This document shows, piece after piece, positions 26,201-41,300 of a stretch of DNA of 64,000 bases. Below the pieces are notes generated by a model that had not been told where the DNA came from, made no database searches, and worked only from the letters and a program-made list of their open reading frames with translations. The number at the start of each line of letters is the position of its first letter. Positions within the stretch are counted from its first letter, which is position 1. Origin of the DNA: Amphiscolops sp. MND2022 (taxonomy: Eukaryota); contig OZ076409.1 of the NCBI GenBank assembly GCA_964187785.1, positions 21,206,001 to 21,270,000 on the forward strand. The letters are read 5' to 3'. The position numbers were made by a program, and so were the translations under genes.

Positions 26201-27705
26201 TATATATGAAGTGTACAACATAAATTGTCAAAAGACTTGGTTTTGTATACATCATACAGAAGATATCATTTAAAAAGTATAAAACGTGCCTCGGATATGT
26301 CCCCATTTCTTCCAGTACATCACGGCCCCCTGGGGCTGTTTATTTTCCCATCTTGCTGAGCGAGGTGGAGCAGGAGCAAAGACCTAGCGGGAATGGAGAT
26401 CGCGAAGCACAGTATAGGCCCCACATTATAATTTTTTTGCTTACAGAACAAACGTTTTTAGCTTTTTAGAGGACGTTTCGGCGACAAAAACGTTTCGTCG
26501 ACAATTTTGTCTCCAAAACGCCTGTCACCGAAACGTCCAGAATCCATCATAATGACCTATATCATTAACCTCGAAGACATGTAAAGTGTTCGAGAAAATT
26601 ATCGCCTCAAGACAAGAGAATTTCTTGAAAGCCACTGGAATCCACCAGTTTAATCATATCATGGCTTCTTCTTCTAAGTTCTTCAATTGACCCGAATTTT
26701 ATGTGCCCTTTCTCAAATTTTTGTAAACATTGCATTTAAAGATAAAATGCATAGACGTCTCTTCGTGGTTCCACATCTCAAAATTCATTTTGGTAGCTTG
26801 TTTGCATAAAGATCTCGGTATCAATTGTTCTGTCGATTTGATTGGAGGGAATTCAGGCAATATAATTCCCAATCGGCAATTCCATATATCTAGTGGCGGT
26901 TCATATTTGCATTGAATCAATTTGCGGGAATATGCAACCTGTCACTGAGATCGAAGTAAAATTGTCAAAGAAAATGAGATAATATCAATGTTTTCAAATA
27001 CCTAGCGTTTTCAAATAATAATGTTTTAGGCCCTCGTATGGGCCCCATTTCCTCTAGTGTCCCGCGGCTCCTTGGGGCCGCTTTTGTTCCCATCTAGTTG
27101 AGCGAGGTCGAACATGAGCAAAGACCTAGCGGAGATCGCGAAGCGATTGTAGTGGAAACTGCTCTTCGCGATGGTGAGGGTGAGCGTGCATAAACGTTTG
27201 ATGACCCTATTTTAGTAGGGAAAAAAACCTAAAGTCTTTTAAACGCTTTTAAACGCTCTGCAGGAGCAAAAACAGCAAAAACGGAACATATCGATCCCAA
27301 AACTTTTGATCATTTTTCGATCTCGCTTTTCGATCTCACGAACTATCGATCTCAAAATACTGAAAAACCCCACTAATTTAAGTCTAAATTGTTCACAGAA
27401 TTTTTTCGTGTGATTTTAACCCGAGCGATACCTGAAATATGAAATTACCAAGATCAATTTTCAAACTATTAAACGCGTTTTGAAATTAAACACATCTTCA
27501 GCAACTGAAAAAAATATAGAATGAAACAAACGGAATTTTAACATTTCTATATTGCCAATAAAAAAATTGTTATCAAAAGTATATGTGCGCTATGGAATGT
27601 GTAAGACTGTGTTAGCACTGTAGCAAAATTACACAGCTATGAGTTGATCGTGAGAAGGCGCTGACGGTGTTCATCTCTTTGCGTGAACCCCGGGCACTTC
27701 TTGTT

Positions 27706-27709
<4 letters not shown>

Positions 27710-27761
<52 letters not shown>
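27710..27761. repeat. (TA)n microsatellite, variable in length between array units
   Basis: Shorter versions at ~21298, ~24567 and ~30887. Confidence 0.9.
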
Positions 27762-27764
<3 letters not shown>

Positions 27765-30700
27765 CCTGGAAGGTGAGCAATTTTGGATATCTCGGAATTT
27801 GTCAACCACACGAGCTTCCGTGGACGTTTTACCAAGTGACAAACAATTTCGAACGTGTTGGCCAACGGATGATAGTGTTCTGTATGCAACCAGTTTGTAG
27901 GAAACCAGTTTGTGGAATCCAGTTTGCAGAAAAATGAGGTCCAGTTCATAGAATGTTTTTCTACAAACTGGATTCTACAAACTGGTTTTTCCACAAACTG
28001 GTTAGGTCCAGTTTGTTAAATTCTGGAATTGAAAAAACCAACAATAAGACCAAAAAGTAGGAATGTTGCAAAGTAAAAAACGTGCCTCGGATATGTCCCT
28101 ATTTCTTCTAGTGCCTCGTGGCTCCTTGGTGCTGCTCATGTTCCCATCTTGCTAAGCGAAGTCGAACAGGAGCAACGACCTGGCGGGAACGGAGATCGCG
28201 AAGCAATCATAGTGGGCGCGTGTCTTTGCGACGGTGAGGGTGAGCGTGTATACACCGGATATGGCCCACAATTCAGTTTTGGGATCTTATTCCTTTAGAT
28301 TTTAGGCGGTGGAGCTTTCAGTATCTTGTGTGAAGGATGTCCAGTTTGTAGAATTTAAAGATTCAGTTTCCAGAAAAAACTCTTATATGCTCTAATAACA
28401 CAGAACCAATGTTTAGTAACCTCTTGACAGATCCAGTTTTCGAATTGTTTTCCGGAGCTCCAAACCGCGGATATGTACCAACAAGCACAACCATGAAGAT
28501 AAACTGCCCCGGTACTCAAAACCCACCTCCCAAGTTGAGGATCGATCTAGACCGCATGGACTGGAAAAGGTGGTCTGAATTCACAGAATCATCTCTGGAA
28601 AAAGCTTCTATCAACTTCTTCAATAGCTAGCTCAACAGAGGACCAATGGAAAATCATTGACAGAACTATCAATGAAGCCACACTGAAATTCTCAAAATGT
28701 CAAAATATCTTCCAACTCATTGCAAGCCATACTGGATTGCGCAATTTAAGCAGTTCTGGAGAGAGTTTAATCGGTCATTTGCAAACAAATTGTATAACAA
28801 GGTTGATCCGTTCCACTCTAATGATCATAACATTGCAACAGATCCAAATAAGATGGAGGATATTCTGTTTGATAGCTTTTTGCTGGAAGGCACCTCATAG
28901 AAAAAAGCTCAGATTTTGATGATGTCTTTTATGATCACGTTAATAGAATTTGCAACGCGATCTTAGAAGCAGACAGGGAGCATGACAGAGGGCAGCAGCA
29001 TTTTTTGTAAGAAGAAAGTAACAACATTTTGAGCTCTGAAATGACAACAGGAGAGATACTTCTCTTCTTCAAAAAATATGAAACCTCAGACAAAAGGTCA
29101 TGCTGAGACACTTGAGAGTAAGAGTCGTAGATCTAATCAAGACTCTCTTTAACTCATGCCTATCCGCAGGTTACTAGATATGGGATACTGCCGATGTTAT
29201 CTTCCTCAAAAAGGTCGGGAAACCAGACTACGCCAATCCAAGATCATATAGTGAACAAGACGTTTCGGCGATCATATGGCGGCGGACGTTTCGCGACAAA
29301 GTGTCGCTGAAACATCTCCTAACAGGGTGAGAGGAAAACTGTCGCCGAAACGTCTCTTCAAAGGATGGGCGGAAACATTTATATGAAGTGTACAACATAA
29401 ATTGTCAAAAGACTTGGTTTTGTATACATCATACAGAAGATATCATTTAAAAAGTATAAAACGTGCCTCGGATATGTCCCCATTTCTTCCAGTACATCAC
29501 GGCCCCCTGGGGTTGTTTATTTTCCCATCTTGCTGAGCGAGGTCGAGCAGGAGCAAAGACCTAGCGGGAATGGAGATCGCGAAGCACAGTATAGGCCCCA
29601 CATTATAATTTTTTTGCTTACAGAACAAACGTTTTTAGCTTTTTAGAGGACGTTTCGGCGACAAAAACGTTTCGTCGACAATTTTGTCTCCAAAACGCCT
29701 GTCACCGAAACGTCCAGAATCCATCATAATGACCTATATCATTAACCTCGAAGACATGTAAAGTGTTCGAGAAAATTATCGCCTCAAGACAAGAGAATTT
29801 CTTGAAAGCCACTGGAATCCACCAGTTTAATCATATCATGGCTTCTTCTTCTAAGTTCTTCAATTGACCCGAATTTTATGTGCCCTTTCTCAAATTTTTG
29901 TAAACATTGCATTTAAAGATAAAATGCATAGACGTCTCTTCGTGGTTCCACATCTCAAAATTCATTTTGGTAGCTTGTTTGCATAAAGATCTCGGTATCA
30001 ATTGTTCTGTCGATTGGATTGGAAGGAATTCAGGCAATATAATTCCCAATCGGCAATTCCATATATCTAGTGGCGGTTCATATTTGCATTGAATCAATTT
30101 GCGGGAATATGCAACCTGTCACTGAGATCGAAGTAAAATTGTCAAAGAAAATGAGATAATATCAATGTTTTCAAATACCTAGCGTTTTCAAATAATAATT
30201 TTTTAGGCCCTCGTATGGGCCCCATTTCCTCTAGTGTCCCGCGGCTCCTTGGGGCCGCTTTTGTTCCCATCTAGTTGAGCGAGGTCGAACATGAGCAAAG
30301 ACCTAGCGGAGATCGCGAAGCGATCGTAGTGGAAGCTGCTCGTCGCGATGGTGAGGGTGAGCGTGCATAAACGTTTGATGACCCTATTTCAGTAGGGAAA
30401 AGAACCTAAAGTCTTTTAAACGCTTTCAAACGCTCTGCAGGGACAAAAACATAGCAAAAACGGAACAATTCGATCCCAAAACTTTTGATCCTTTTTCGAT
30501 CTCGCTTTTCGATCTCACGAACTATCGATTTCAAAACACTGAAAATACCCCACCAATTCAAGTCAATACTGTTCACAGAATTGTTTTGTGTGTTTTTAAC
30601 CCAAGCAATACCCGAAATATGAAATTAACAAGATCAATTTTCAAACTATTGAACGCGTTTTGAGTATAAACTCATCTTCAGCAATTGAAAAAATATAGAA

Positions 30701-32249
30701 TGAAACAATCGAGTTTTAACATTTTTATTTTGCCAGTAAAAAAATGTTATCAAAAGTATATGTGCGCGATGGAATGTGTAAGACAGTGTTGGCACTGTAG
30801 CAAAATTACACGGCTATAAGTTGATCGTGAGAAGGCGCTGACGGTGTTCATCTCTTTGATTCAGCCCCGGGCACTTTTTGTTTATCTATATATAGGGCCT
30901 GGAGTGTGAGCAATTTTGGATATCTCGGGATTTGTCAACCACACGAGCTTCCGTGGATGTTTTACCAAATGACAAACAATTTCGAACGTGTAGGCCAACG
31001 GATGATAGTATTCTGCATGGAACCAGTTTGTAGGACACCAGTTTGTGGAATCCAGTTTGTAGAAAAGTGAGGTTCAGTTCGTAGAATGTTTTTCTTCAAA
31101 CTGGATTCTACAAATTGGTTTTCTACAAACTGGTTAGGTCCAGTTTGTTAAATCCGGGAATTGAAAAAACAAACTATAAGACCAAAAAGTAGGAATGATG
31201 CAAAGTATAAAACGTGCCTCGGATATGTCCCTATTTCTTCTGGTTCCTCGTGGCTCCTTGGTGCCGCTCATGTTCCCATCTTGCTAACCGAAGTCGAACA
31301 GGAGCAACGACCTAGCGGGAACGGAGATCGCGAAGCGATCATAGTGGGCGCATATCTTTGCGACAATGAGGGTGAGCGTGCATACATCGGATATGGCCCA
31401 CAATTCAGTTTTTGGATCTTATTCCTTTAGATTATAGGCGGTGGAGCTCTCAGGATCTTGTATGAAGGATGTCCAGTTTGTAAACTTTAATGATCCAGTT
31501 TGTAGAAAAAATTCAACAAACGAGCACCTAGGACCAGTTTGTAGAATTTTACAAACTGGTATTCTACAAACTGGAACGAATTCTGATGTTCGCGCATGCC
31601 CAGTAAGCCGTGTGGTCAAATGCCGCACAGCTTGTACGACATAGCAGGCGTTACAGCCTGGAGAGTCACTTTAATAGACCACTCGACTAGCAAGCAATTA
31701 TTGAACAGCTGATTTGAGTGATGGCCGGACACTTCTCATATTTCTAGTTGTAGATACAGTCATATTGTACACGCGCATTTCGCAATTTGATCTGATTCGT
31801 TTCCACGGTACTACAAATAAAACACTGGCGTCTCATGAGTTTTCTTCCATTAACTCCAGGTCTTGATGGGGTATACAAATTGTTCTTGTTGTCAGATTCC
31901 ATGATCATCGTTTTGTTTATCTGACGCAAGAAAGTCTCATAAAATCTCGGAGGCTAGATTGTAGTGACCTCGATACCATCACCGTGTTACCATGATACAT
32001 TTTTCAACAGGTGGCCAAATAAGCACGACGATCAACGAGCTGGCAGTTTTTTGAAGCAACGGATCTTATATTGGAGGAACGTTCGAAGAAATCCCTTACA
32101 TATAGTACTGTTTGTTGGGACTGGCTTTCTTCATGGCAACTCTCTTCTCTCCGTTTTCTTTCTGCGGTCGATTGTAAAAGCGTCTGATACGAGGTAGTTG
32201 TTGGTCGTTTTCTTTATTCTTTCTACATGTCTACTAGCCATAACTCCGA

Positions 32250-35200
32250 AAATTGATTTTAGTTGAGCACACTCGGTTCTTAAAATTGCTTTCTTACTTC
32301 ACTCCATTACCATATTTAGCTGACAACCTAACAATTATTATTGGTTTTTCCTTTTCAGAGAAATTCAACCTATTCGAAAAAACTTTCCAACAAAACGTCA
32401 AACTTGACTGTTTACTTGAAAATGATTCAATGAGGCTGGATTCCCATGAGAAAAAAATTGAATGACATATTACGCAATCAAGAAACCAACAAAGTTTATA
32501 ATTCCAACAATGTGAAAGAAATCGGAAACAATCATACACAATCAATACAAATTCGTTCATTTCGACCTCACTTGCTGAATCCAGAAACCGAAAACCTTAT
32601 TATTGGATCGAGCATCATCAGTAGAAAAAGTCAAAACGACTTTTCTCGCGATGTGGCTATCCATGCTTATCCTGGGTCAACGACTGATGAAAAGGCAGGA
32701 ATACTGGACTCATACGAAAACAAACAACCACGGACGATAACTCTCCAGGATGGAACGAATAGGCTGCTAAAGCAGAGAAGAAACAAGTTGGAAATTCATT
32801 TCGAAAAATGGAATTTGTTAATTGAGAATTTATCTTCGAAATTTAGGCCGCAGAAATTTTTCATTTGCGAAATTCCACCAGTAAAAAATGATCATACTGT
32901 CAATGAACGAATTGGAAATTTCAATAATCTATTGAATAACGAATATCATGATAATTAGTGATATTTATACTTTTTAGTCGTGAATATACTTTTGCGTAGT
33001 GAAAAGATGAGTGTTAAAAAACGCATAGAAAAAAATGGTTTTTCAAAAATCCAGACTCAATAGGGCTGTATTTCGCACAACTTTAAAATCTCTGGATTGG
33101 GTTATAATATATAATCAATTGAGTGCTGATTATATGTCGTACATTTTTTTATTAAGTGGAGCTTTGAAGCAGCACGCTCTTTTAAAAAAGTCTTTATTCG
33201 TACACAAAAACCCTTAAAACACTTTAAATCAGAATGGTTCTACGATGAATGTAAATGCCTGCTACAAAAAAGATCAGTAGCTCTAAAACGTTACCAACGC
33301 CAAACTTCTGCTATAACTTGGGAATATTACAGAAAAACTGAATGCAGAATTTTTGGAACTAATAACTAGAAAGCAATCTGATTACAGCTTGAACTCATAG
33401 GAAACTTTCAAATCATCCAGAAAAACATGGAACTTAATCAACAACCTGCGCAATCCAAAAAGTGAAAAATCGCGAAGATCGGCTCTAATGAATACTCTCG
33501 GAGAGTTAATCCCTGAAGACAAAAAGGTTGCGAACCTACTGAATTATACTTTTTCACAACTAGGATTATATATTTGATTACAACGGGAAAAAGTTAACAA
33601 AATTCATCGAAAGCAAAACTACACCTAACTTGTTTTTTTCCGACCACCCACCATCAAAGAAGTTTTCGATGCCGTAAAAACTTTGAAAATTAATAAACTT
33701 CTGGGACCATGCTCGATACCAGCATGGGCTTTTAAATACGGAATGACTGAAATTGTACCACATCTGACAGTTGTTATAAATGAAAACATTCAAGCACAAA
33801 AGTTTCCCTCAATTTTGAAGAAAGGTCTCATTACACCTCTATATAAAAAAGATGATCCACTAAACCCTTTGAATTACGGACCCATTACAAAAACGAACAG
33901 TTTGTCAAGAAAAATTTTTGCGTAAACAAATTAATCAATACCTATCATGTGATAAACTTCTGTCTCCTTTTCAATTTGGCTTCCGCCAGAAAGTATCAAC
34001 ACAAAATGTTCTCATTTATTTCTCCGAATCGTTCCTTGAACGTGTGGACAATAACAATTCTATTTATTCAGTATGTATAGCTGTTTCGAAAGCATTCGAT
34101 TCCGTATGCCATCAAATTTTGATGGATAAATTGAAATGATTCGGCTTCAATGACGATGCTCAGACACTAAATTTTAGCTTTTTATCAAACAGACGTGAAC
34201 AAGTTGTTATCAATATTACGGTATCTAACTTTATCGAAACCCTTCAAGGTGTACCGCAAGGAACAGTACTTGGCCCATTACTTTTAAACACCTACATTAA
34301 CGATATTACAAAACACATCTCGGAAGAATGCAGAGTTATCCAATACACCGATGACTGTTCGGTATACTCACCGAATCCAAAATCTGATATTGCATTTGAG
34401 AATTTACAAATCAGTGTCAGAATCCTAAAAAAAGATTTTTGGTCGAATCAGGTAACTCTGAATGCATCTAAAACAAAGCTCATACGTTTCACAACATCAA
34501 AAATGACCGTATCCAATAATCAACTTATAGTCGGCGGTTCCAATACAAAACTTAAATATGAAGTGAAGTATTTAGGCGTTATCATCTACAACAAACTAAC
34601 TTTCGAAACTCAAGTTAAACGTTTACTTTCAAAAATGGCCCTTGGCAGAAAAGTAATCCTAACAATTCGCAACAACCTACCCAAAAATGTTGAAAAGAGT
34701 GCTTCATGCTCTTGTCCAAAGTCATTTTGAATATTGTAATCTTCTTTTAACGGACATCAGTATTGCTCTTTTACTTTTTTCGAGAATCAACTGAATTGAA
34801 CTCTTCAAACCGTATTCTACAGATCTAGAAACAAATACTCAACCTCCTTGAGAATATCCGAAGTATTAGGTATGAATTAAAGAATTGACTTGAAACCATT
34901 TGATTTAAAATTTTCGATTCTCAAAAACGGAAGTTCGGCTCTTCAGAATCACCTTAAACTCCCAACAGTGAGTTTTCGAATGAATGATCTAAACAAAAAA
35001 ATTATATTCAAAAAGCCTGGTTCAAGTAAGTTTCTTCATGGAACATTCTTTTATACCTGTTTGAGAAGTTGGAATTCCTTACCCTCTGAATTGAGAACAA
35101 TCAAATACAAGCGAGAAAAATGGAAGAAACTTATCAAAGAACACATGTTACTACTTTACGAACAAAGTCCACATTTTAAAAAGCATTCTTGCATGGCTTC

Positions 35201-35300
35201 CATCTTCTGCAAAAGTTCATTTTATAATTACGCCTACTGTTCTAAATGAGTTGTTTCTTTTTTATATACTGCTGAGCAAAAATATGCGCTTGAACATCGA
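32250..35300 (+). mobile_element. Decayed L2/CR1-group LINE with SGNH-esterase ORF1 and an internal deletion
   Basis: ORF 32446-32958 has LIIGSSI, YPGST, LQDGTN. RT motifs NYGPIT, QFGFR, SKAFDSV, GVPQGTVLGPLL, QYTDD, VKYLGV. The endonuclease is largely missing. Confidence 0.82.
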
Positions 35301-37447
35301 TTACCAGATTTAAGTGTAACAAAACACAATAATGTCGATAAACTGAGTCTAATAGCTGGTCGGTCCACCTCTTTTTCGGATACATTGAATAATTCGTCTT
35401 GGAATGGAATCAATAAGCTTTCTTATTGAACTTTGTGGGTAGGTTAGCCAAAGATCGTTTAGCACGTCTTTAAGCTCGGTTGTATTTCAGGGCAAAGGTT
35501 CCGTTTTCGCAAGGACTGTTTAAGTTGACTAATACTTTGAGTGGACTGTTTAAGTTGTTCATTACGATACACGTACCGGTAAGCTGCATTTCAGTCAAGC
35601 AGCGTAATCTGTGTAATCCGTAAAATGGTCATTCAGCGTAAGTTAGTCAAGACGGTCTATGCTTCAACGGTGTAGCTGTGTCAACGCGCGTAATGGAAAC
35701 TAGTGTAAGCTAGTCAAAACACGTAGTTAGTGAAAAGTGGAAGTTAGTCCAAAAATACTCTTCTTCGTAATTCAGTCAAAACTTTTGACTAACTTACACC
35801 ATGTTTATATGCATTCAAAACTCAGTGTTCATTTTAATTCCAATTCATACTAGAGCATCGTAAACCAGTCAAAGTAAACAATGATTCAATAAATAATTAG
35901 TTATCATTACTGAGCTCTACCGTGCATAGTACGTATAAACTGCATTCAATGCAAGTTGCACACGTGAACACGTGTGTTTCATCCACGCATTTACGTGCAA
36001 ATAAAATACCTTGTAGCTTCTAATTAGTACAATTGATTGATCTGTCAACAGGTTTCCTATTTTAACAAAACATAATTTCAAAGCAGCCCTCATTAATAGT
36101 TGCCTAACTAATTTTAATTTTGGTCCCTGTCGTGAGCACAGTCACCGGAATGATTGGATAACTTGTTATTTTGGTCTGGGTATTTTGAGCCAGGGTATTG
36201 GCAAAACTCTATTTTGATCCCTGTCGTGAGCAACATCAAGAAAAGTTGTAACAAATAGTCTTTACGAAGTTGAAACTTTATCAAACCGAAAACAGTAGTT
36301 TATGGAATACCAATCTTGAATTATTGAACTAAAAACCAAGTTTGGACCATGTGCCTTATCCTCCCTCAGATAAATACTGTTTCTTATCCAACAACACCCC
36401 CCATCCAAGTCTTCCCAAACAAATGAAAGTAGTTCACTATTCCAATTCGAGATCCAAATGTGCCTTACCCCCCTTAGATAAAAATCGTTTCTTAATTGCT
36501 TGTTGTTAATTAATTGCTTAGTCAATTAAATGAATGGTTTTTTAAAGAAGTAAAGAAGTAAATTCAATTGGTCAAATGGAAAAGAGAATGAGAGAATTGA
36601 TTTCAAAAATTGAATTACTTTGTATCATGGTTAAGCATTAAAAGCATTGAATAACGCCACGTGACATATACGTCACGTTACATATACGGTACATGTATGT
36701 TTTAAAAGTTTATGAATGTGTGCAAAGCAGCGGCAAAGTGGGGATGTTGGCGCGGTCGATAAGTCCGTGGGAAGTGACTGTTAGTACCACAGGATCGATC
36801 CCAGCCATTATCACACTGGCTAGGTGAATCGATGCACACAACTCTGACGAAGATATCCTCCATATTTGGCGTCTCATTTCGCGGAATATTCCACATTGAA
36901 GGTATCAACACCGCTGAAACATCCTTTTTGATGAGAGGAACTCCAAGGTGTGACCTTGTTCTGTGCCGCAACTTGCGCAAGTTGAACTTTGTGTGCCCCG
37001 ACTTTATGTGACCAGACTTTGGTAAGTAATGATTGCAATGATTTTCATACTGAAAATACGTTATCTTTACGGCGTTTGGTTCTAAATGAGCAATTGCAAT
37101 TTTTGCAATGATTTTTCAATATTAAAATTTTGTTTCGAAGACTGAATTCAACTGCAATTTGAAATAATCATGAAGCATAATCATTCAATAAGTATTGCAG
37201 TTATTTTTCACTGATTTATTTATTACCAAGGTTTGGTGGTGACTCAAAGCAAACCACTGAGACAAATTCCCGCCATATTGATTCAGCAAAAGACACATGT
37301 CTTGTTCCGCTTTCCAATCCCACATTGAAGGTATCATCACCGCTGGAACATCCTTGTTGATGAAAGGAATTGTTCAATCCTTGTTCATATCAAATTAAAG
37401 TATTCTTCTTTCTTCTTTCGGAACTCTTGAATGTAAATTCCCTCCAT

Positions 37448-38093
37448 GATCTTTTCTGTTAATTCCCCCCCACAGTAAGGGCGGAAATTTTAATTCCCCA
37501 CCACTATCCAGGGGTGTGAAATATTGTACTGGTTATTGTATTGTAGCTCACAATAACGTATTTTTATTACGTGCGCACAAAAACAAATAATTGTTTCAAT
37601 AACTCGAATTATTTAAAGCAAACATAAATTATTGATCAACATCATCAACAATTATTGCTTATCAACGACAGCTTATCTTTGTTGAATTTCAGGAAGATTT
37701 GCGCTTCCACGTTAACTGGGGTCGTTTTCTTGGATAATCGGTAAAAACGGCACGAACGACACTAAATCGCATTGTATCGATCTGCGCTGTATGCGCGGCG
37801 ATTCAGACTTTAAATTATTGAGCCATTGAAAACAATTATTGTTGCAATCAAACAAATAATTGCTATTGAATTTTTGCCTCAAATAAATAATTTTATTGTA
37901 TTTATTGGAAATTATTTATCAATAAATTATTTATTTTACACCACTGCCAATATCAGCGATGAGTTTCAGTTGCAGTTAGAGCTATTAAATACTGCAATTT
38001 GATTGGTTGTTACTATTAATTCAGTGATAATTTCACTTGACCGCCTAACTGGGGGGAATCAAATTGGTGCGGGGGGAATTAACAGAAAAGATC
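37448..38093. mobile_element. MITE with ~23-bp TIRs
   Basis: GATCTTTTCTGTTAATTCCCCCC / GGGGGGAATTAACAGAAAAGATC, with an imperfect 10-bp flanking duplication TTCCCTCCAT / CTCCCTCCGT. Confidence 0.75.
37509..37946. mobile_element. Nested hAT-like MITE
   Basis: TIRs CAGGGGTGTGAAAT / ATTTTACACCACTG and an 8-bp TSD CCACTATC / CCAATATC. Confidence 0.75.
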
Positions 38094-38286
38094 CTCCCTC
38101 CGTATTGATTCAGCAAAGAGCACGTCTTGTTCCGCTTTCCAATGGTACAAAAATCCCACATTGAAAGTATCAACACCGCTGTAACATCCTTGTTGATGAG
38201 AGGAACTCTTGAATGTAAACTTCCTTTAGGAGTTTAGACTGGTCCGATTAACTGTTTAAACTGATTGATTACGCAAAAATAGTGTG

Positions 38287-38448
38287 AAGAATGTTTGTAT
38301 CTCAAATTGAGATTCTCAATTCCAAACTCTCACTTTGAAAAAAATTAAATTGATAGTTTATAGTTTGTATTCAACTTGAATACAAACTAGAAACCATCAA
38401 TTTAAATTTTTTCAAAGTGAGAGTTTGGGAATGAGATACAAACATTCT
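38287..38448. repeat. ~160-bp imperfect palindrome
   Basis: AAGAATGTTTGTATCTCA...TGAGATACAAACATTCTT, centred on TATTCAACTTGAATA. Confidence 0.85.
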
Positions 38449-38792
38449 TTTTTTGAAATCTTCTGATCTTTTTTTTGATACCTGTCGTGAGCTTCAGCAA
38501 AAACTGTTCCGAAAAAAAATTTTTTTCGATCAACTGTACTCTTTTGTATGAAAGAAAGGAAATTAAAGACAAGAATAAAAAGCCATTAGTTTAAAAGTAA
38601 CCCGCTTTTGAGTTTTGTGAACGAACGATTTTCATAAATCAGGAAAGTTTACAAAAGTGTAGTTCCAAACTGAACGAACTGTTTCATTCTTTTGTTTACC
38701 ATTCATCAATCAATTTTTAAGTTGTTACAGCTACACATGGTTTCAAAAAGGATGCGAATAAGTCCTACCTTATAAGGTAACGAAAGTTTCAC

Positions 38793-38994
38793 TCATCATG
38801 AGTGATGATCAGCTCTCATTTCCTTATAAGGTACGCGCTGTTCCATTTCTATGAAAAAGCTACCTTATTACCTTGTTTGGTCAATACGGTGATCATCATG
38901 AGTGATGATCAGCTCTCATTTCCTTATAAGGTACGCGCTGTCCCATTTCTATAAAAAAGCTACATTATTACCTCATTTGGTCAATACGGTGATT
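38793..38994 (+). repeat. ~101-bp direct tandem duplication
   Basis: TCATCATGAGTGATGATCAGCTCTC...CAATACGGTGA occurs twice. Confidence 0.9.
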
Positions 38995-39232
38995 CATCGT
39001 TGACGAACAAGCGTGCGCGTACTACCTTATGTGGTCAGTAAGCGCCTGCTTTAAAGTACTTCAAGTTTGATCGCGGTAAAATTCCAATTAAATTGGCGGT
39101 TATCAGATCTTCTCGAAGAGACCACTTTCCCGTATGAGTAGGCATTGGATTTATTTGGAAATTACAGTAGTAGCAGAAGCATACAATAAAGTATGGATAC
39201 CGTTTGGTTGATGGCTAGGCAATACGGAAACA

Positions 39233-39337
39233 AATACGGAAGAAGCGTTGAATATGTGAACGTAAAAACAGTATTCAATTCTGACTCAGAAAGAAATACT
39301 GTTTTTCTTTTCACATAATCAACGCTTCTTCCGTATT
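39233..39337. repeat. ~105-bp imperfect palindrome
   Basis: AATACGGAAGAAGCGTTGA...TCAACGCTTCTTCCGTATT. Confidence 0.85.
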
Positions 39338-40560
39338 CTGAGAAGTACTGAGATTAGTGATTGTTAATCGCGTCGCTTCTCAGAAACATGTCAATTCAGC
39401 TAAGTATTGAATAATTTCTATCAAAATAGATATAAACTTATGTAAGGCGAAATATAGAGAAACATGATATTTGGATACAAATAAATCCTAAGCCTACTCA
39501 TGATTGTTCGCTATGGATGAATCAAATGAAGATTTTTGGAAATTGGCAGTCAGTATTTGTAACAGACAGCAATATCATTGACTTGTTGGTAAATATGAAC
39601 GTCAATGCGAATTTTTAAAATTGATGATTGACACTTCAATCGTGATTCTTTCTCACCACTGTTACAATACGCTTCTGACAGCAGAAAGTGGTTCGCAATA
39701 CTAGCCCCGAGAAGAAAAGTTTAGCTCCGAAATTTATCATTACTAGAAAAGCAAAACGGTTGACCGTTGAATCCTCTCCCTTTACAGAAGTTTCAACAGT
39801 GTTAGTAGGTAAGATATTGATAGTTTTGTTTCCTTTCCGTAGTATTCAGCTATCTAAAAATTTATTCACTTCACTAAAAGCTTTAAATATAGTATATCTT
39901 CAAACAAACTCCGGTTTCACCCCCTTTGGAAAAACGAATGTTTCTTCTATATTGAATCTGAATCAGTTACTAAGGAACTGGATATAAGTTGAATCGGACA
40001 CTTTTCAAGCGCCCGGCGCCGAATTTTGGTCGCGTTAACCTAAATAAAAACAGTATGTCCCTCATATTATCGTCACGGTTGTGATTACGCTCACGGCAGG
40101 GACCAAAGTTCAGAAATTTGATTGAGAGTAAAAACATTTATGGTAAACAAGGTACCTCAGTAAACAAACAAAATCCTGAAATTTGGTCCCTGTCTTGAGC
40201 GCAATCTTATTAAACAATTCATTAACTTGTCAGCATAACAACAAACACTGTCTGGCCGACAATAGTTGATAAATTGTTTAATGCGTAAGTTTAATGATGA
40301 ATTGTTAATGATAAATTGTTTAAACTGAGTTGCAGCTAATTTTGGTCCCTGGTGTAAGCGCCTGATGTAATAAAACGTTCCTATGACAAAAATGACTCCG
40401 ATGACTTCTGATCAAGGAAAACGCTAATTTGAAAATTCCATTTTGGAATTTTTGTATTTATGATACTTTTATGAAAAATGCAATAATCATGATCGTAATC
40501 ATTTGAGGATCACACCATTTGAATATCATATGAAAAGTTACATGACAAATGAAGTTGAAA

Positions 40561-41300
40561 TTAGGAGCAATGTTCCTTTACGAGCATCCTATAATTTTCC
40601 ATTGTCTTGAAATTCGCATTGGATACGAGTGTCGCGTGAACATAAATGTTGCTGTTGAAGTTTAGAGTTGATGTTTTGTCAACTTTGAATTTCAGGGACG
40701 TAATGACAGCTGTTCCATCCGCAACTTTGTCCCATTCGTTGCCCAATATGTGGTCCCATGCTGATGTTGAAAAAGGGCCGTCGTCTTCTTTTATGGAGAA
40801 TGTCACTGGGCCATTTGTGACACCGAACGCGTGAATCGTCGCATCAGTGCAAGGGGCAAAATCTTGCTTGATGTCTTTGGCTCTGCTGCGTCCACTGAGG
40901 GAATTCATCAGCAAGTTCTTCAGGTTAGAATATGCCCAATACACTAACGCATAGTCGTCGTATAACGGCGCGCCAGGTGCGTTTTCAACTGCTCCCATTC
41001 TTTTTTTCCGGAGATAACTTACAGGGACTGTTTTGTTAAAGGAAGGATCGTCCTGTTTTTCGACTTCTACGAGAAGTTTCGTCTTTAAATAATAAATAGA
41101 ATTAATCTTCCAATCGCAGCCCAAAACTCCAACAATGTCTCCCTTGATGACGACTCCGGTGCTGATGGGGACACAAACTAGTTCTTTTCGTTCAAGTGGG
41201 GTACTTTTGAAACTCTGGGAAGGTCCACCAATGATTATGGCCTGGTATGGTATTGCATCAGGATTGCCGAACAGTTTATCGTAGTCACTATTCCAAAGTT
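40561..41300 (-). CDS. Hypothetical protein, probably a terminal exon (~245 aa)
   Basis: The frame of ORF 40561-41124 stays open upstream to ~41300 (LWNSDYDKLFGNPDAIPYQAIIIGG...). No domain recognised. Confidence 0.5.

Larger units (their letters stand above)
18717..31510 (+). repeat. Tandem array of four ~3.2-kb composite units (LINE fragments plus MITEs)
   Basis: Units start at ~18717, ~21936, ~25204 and ~28381. Near-identical ORFs recur (e.g. 21583, 24850, 31161; 21964 = 28409; 25520 = 28697). Confidence 0.92.
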
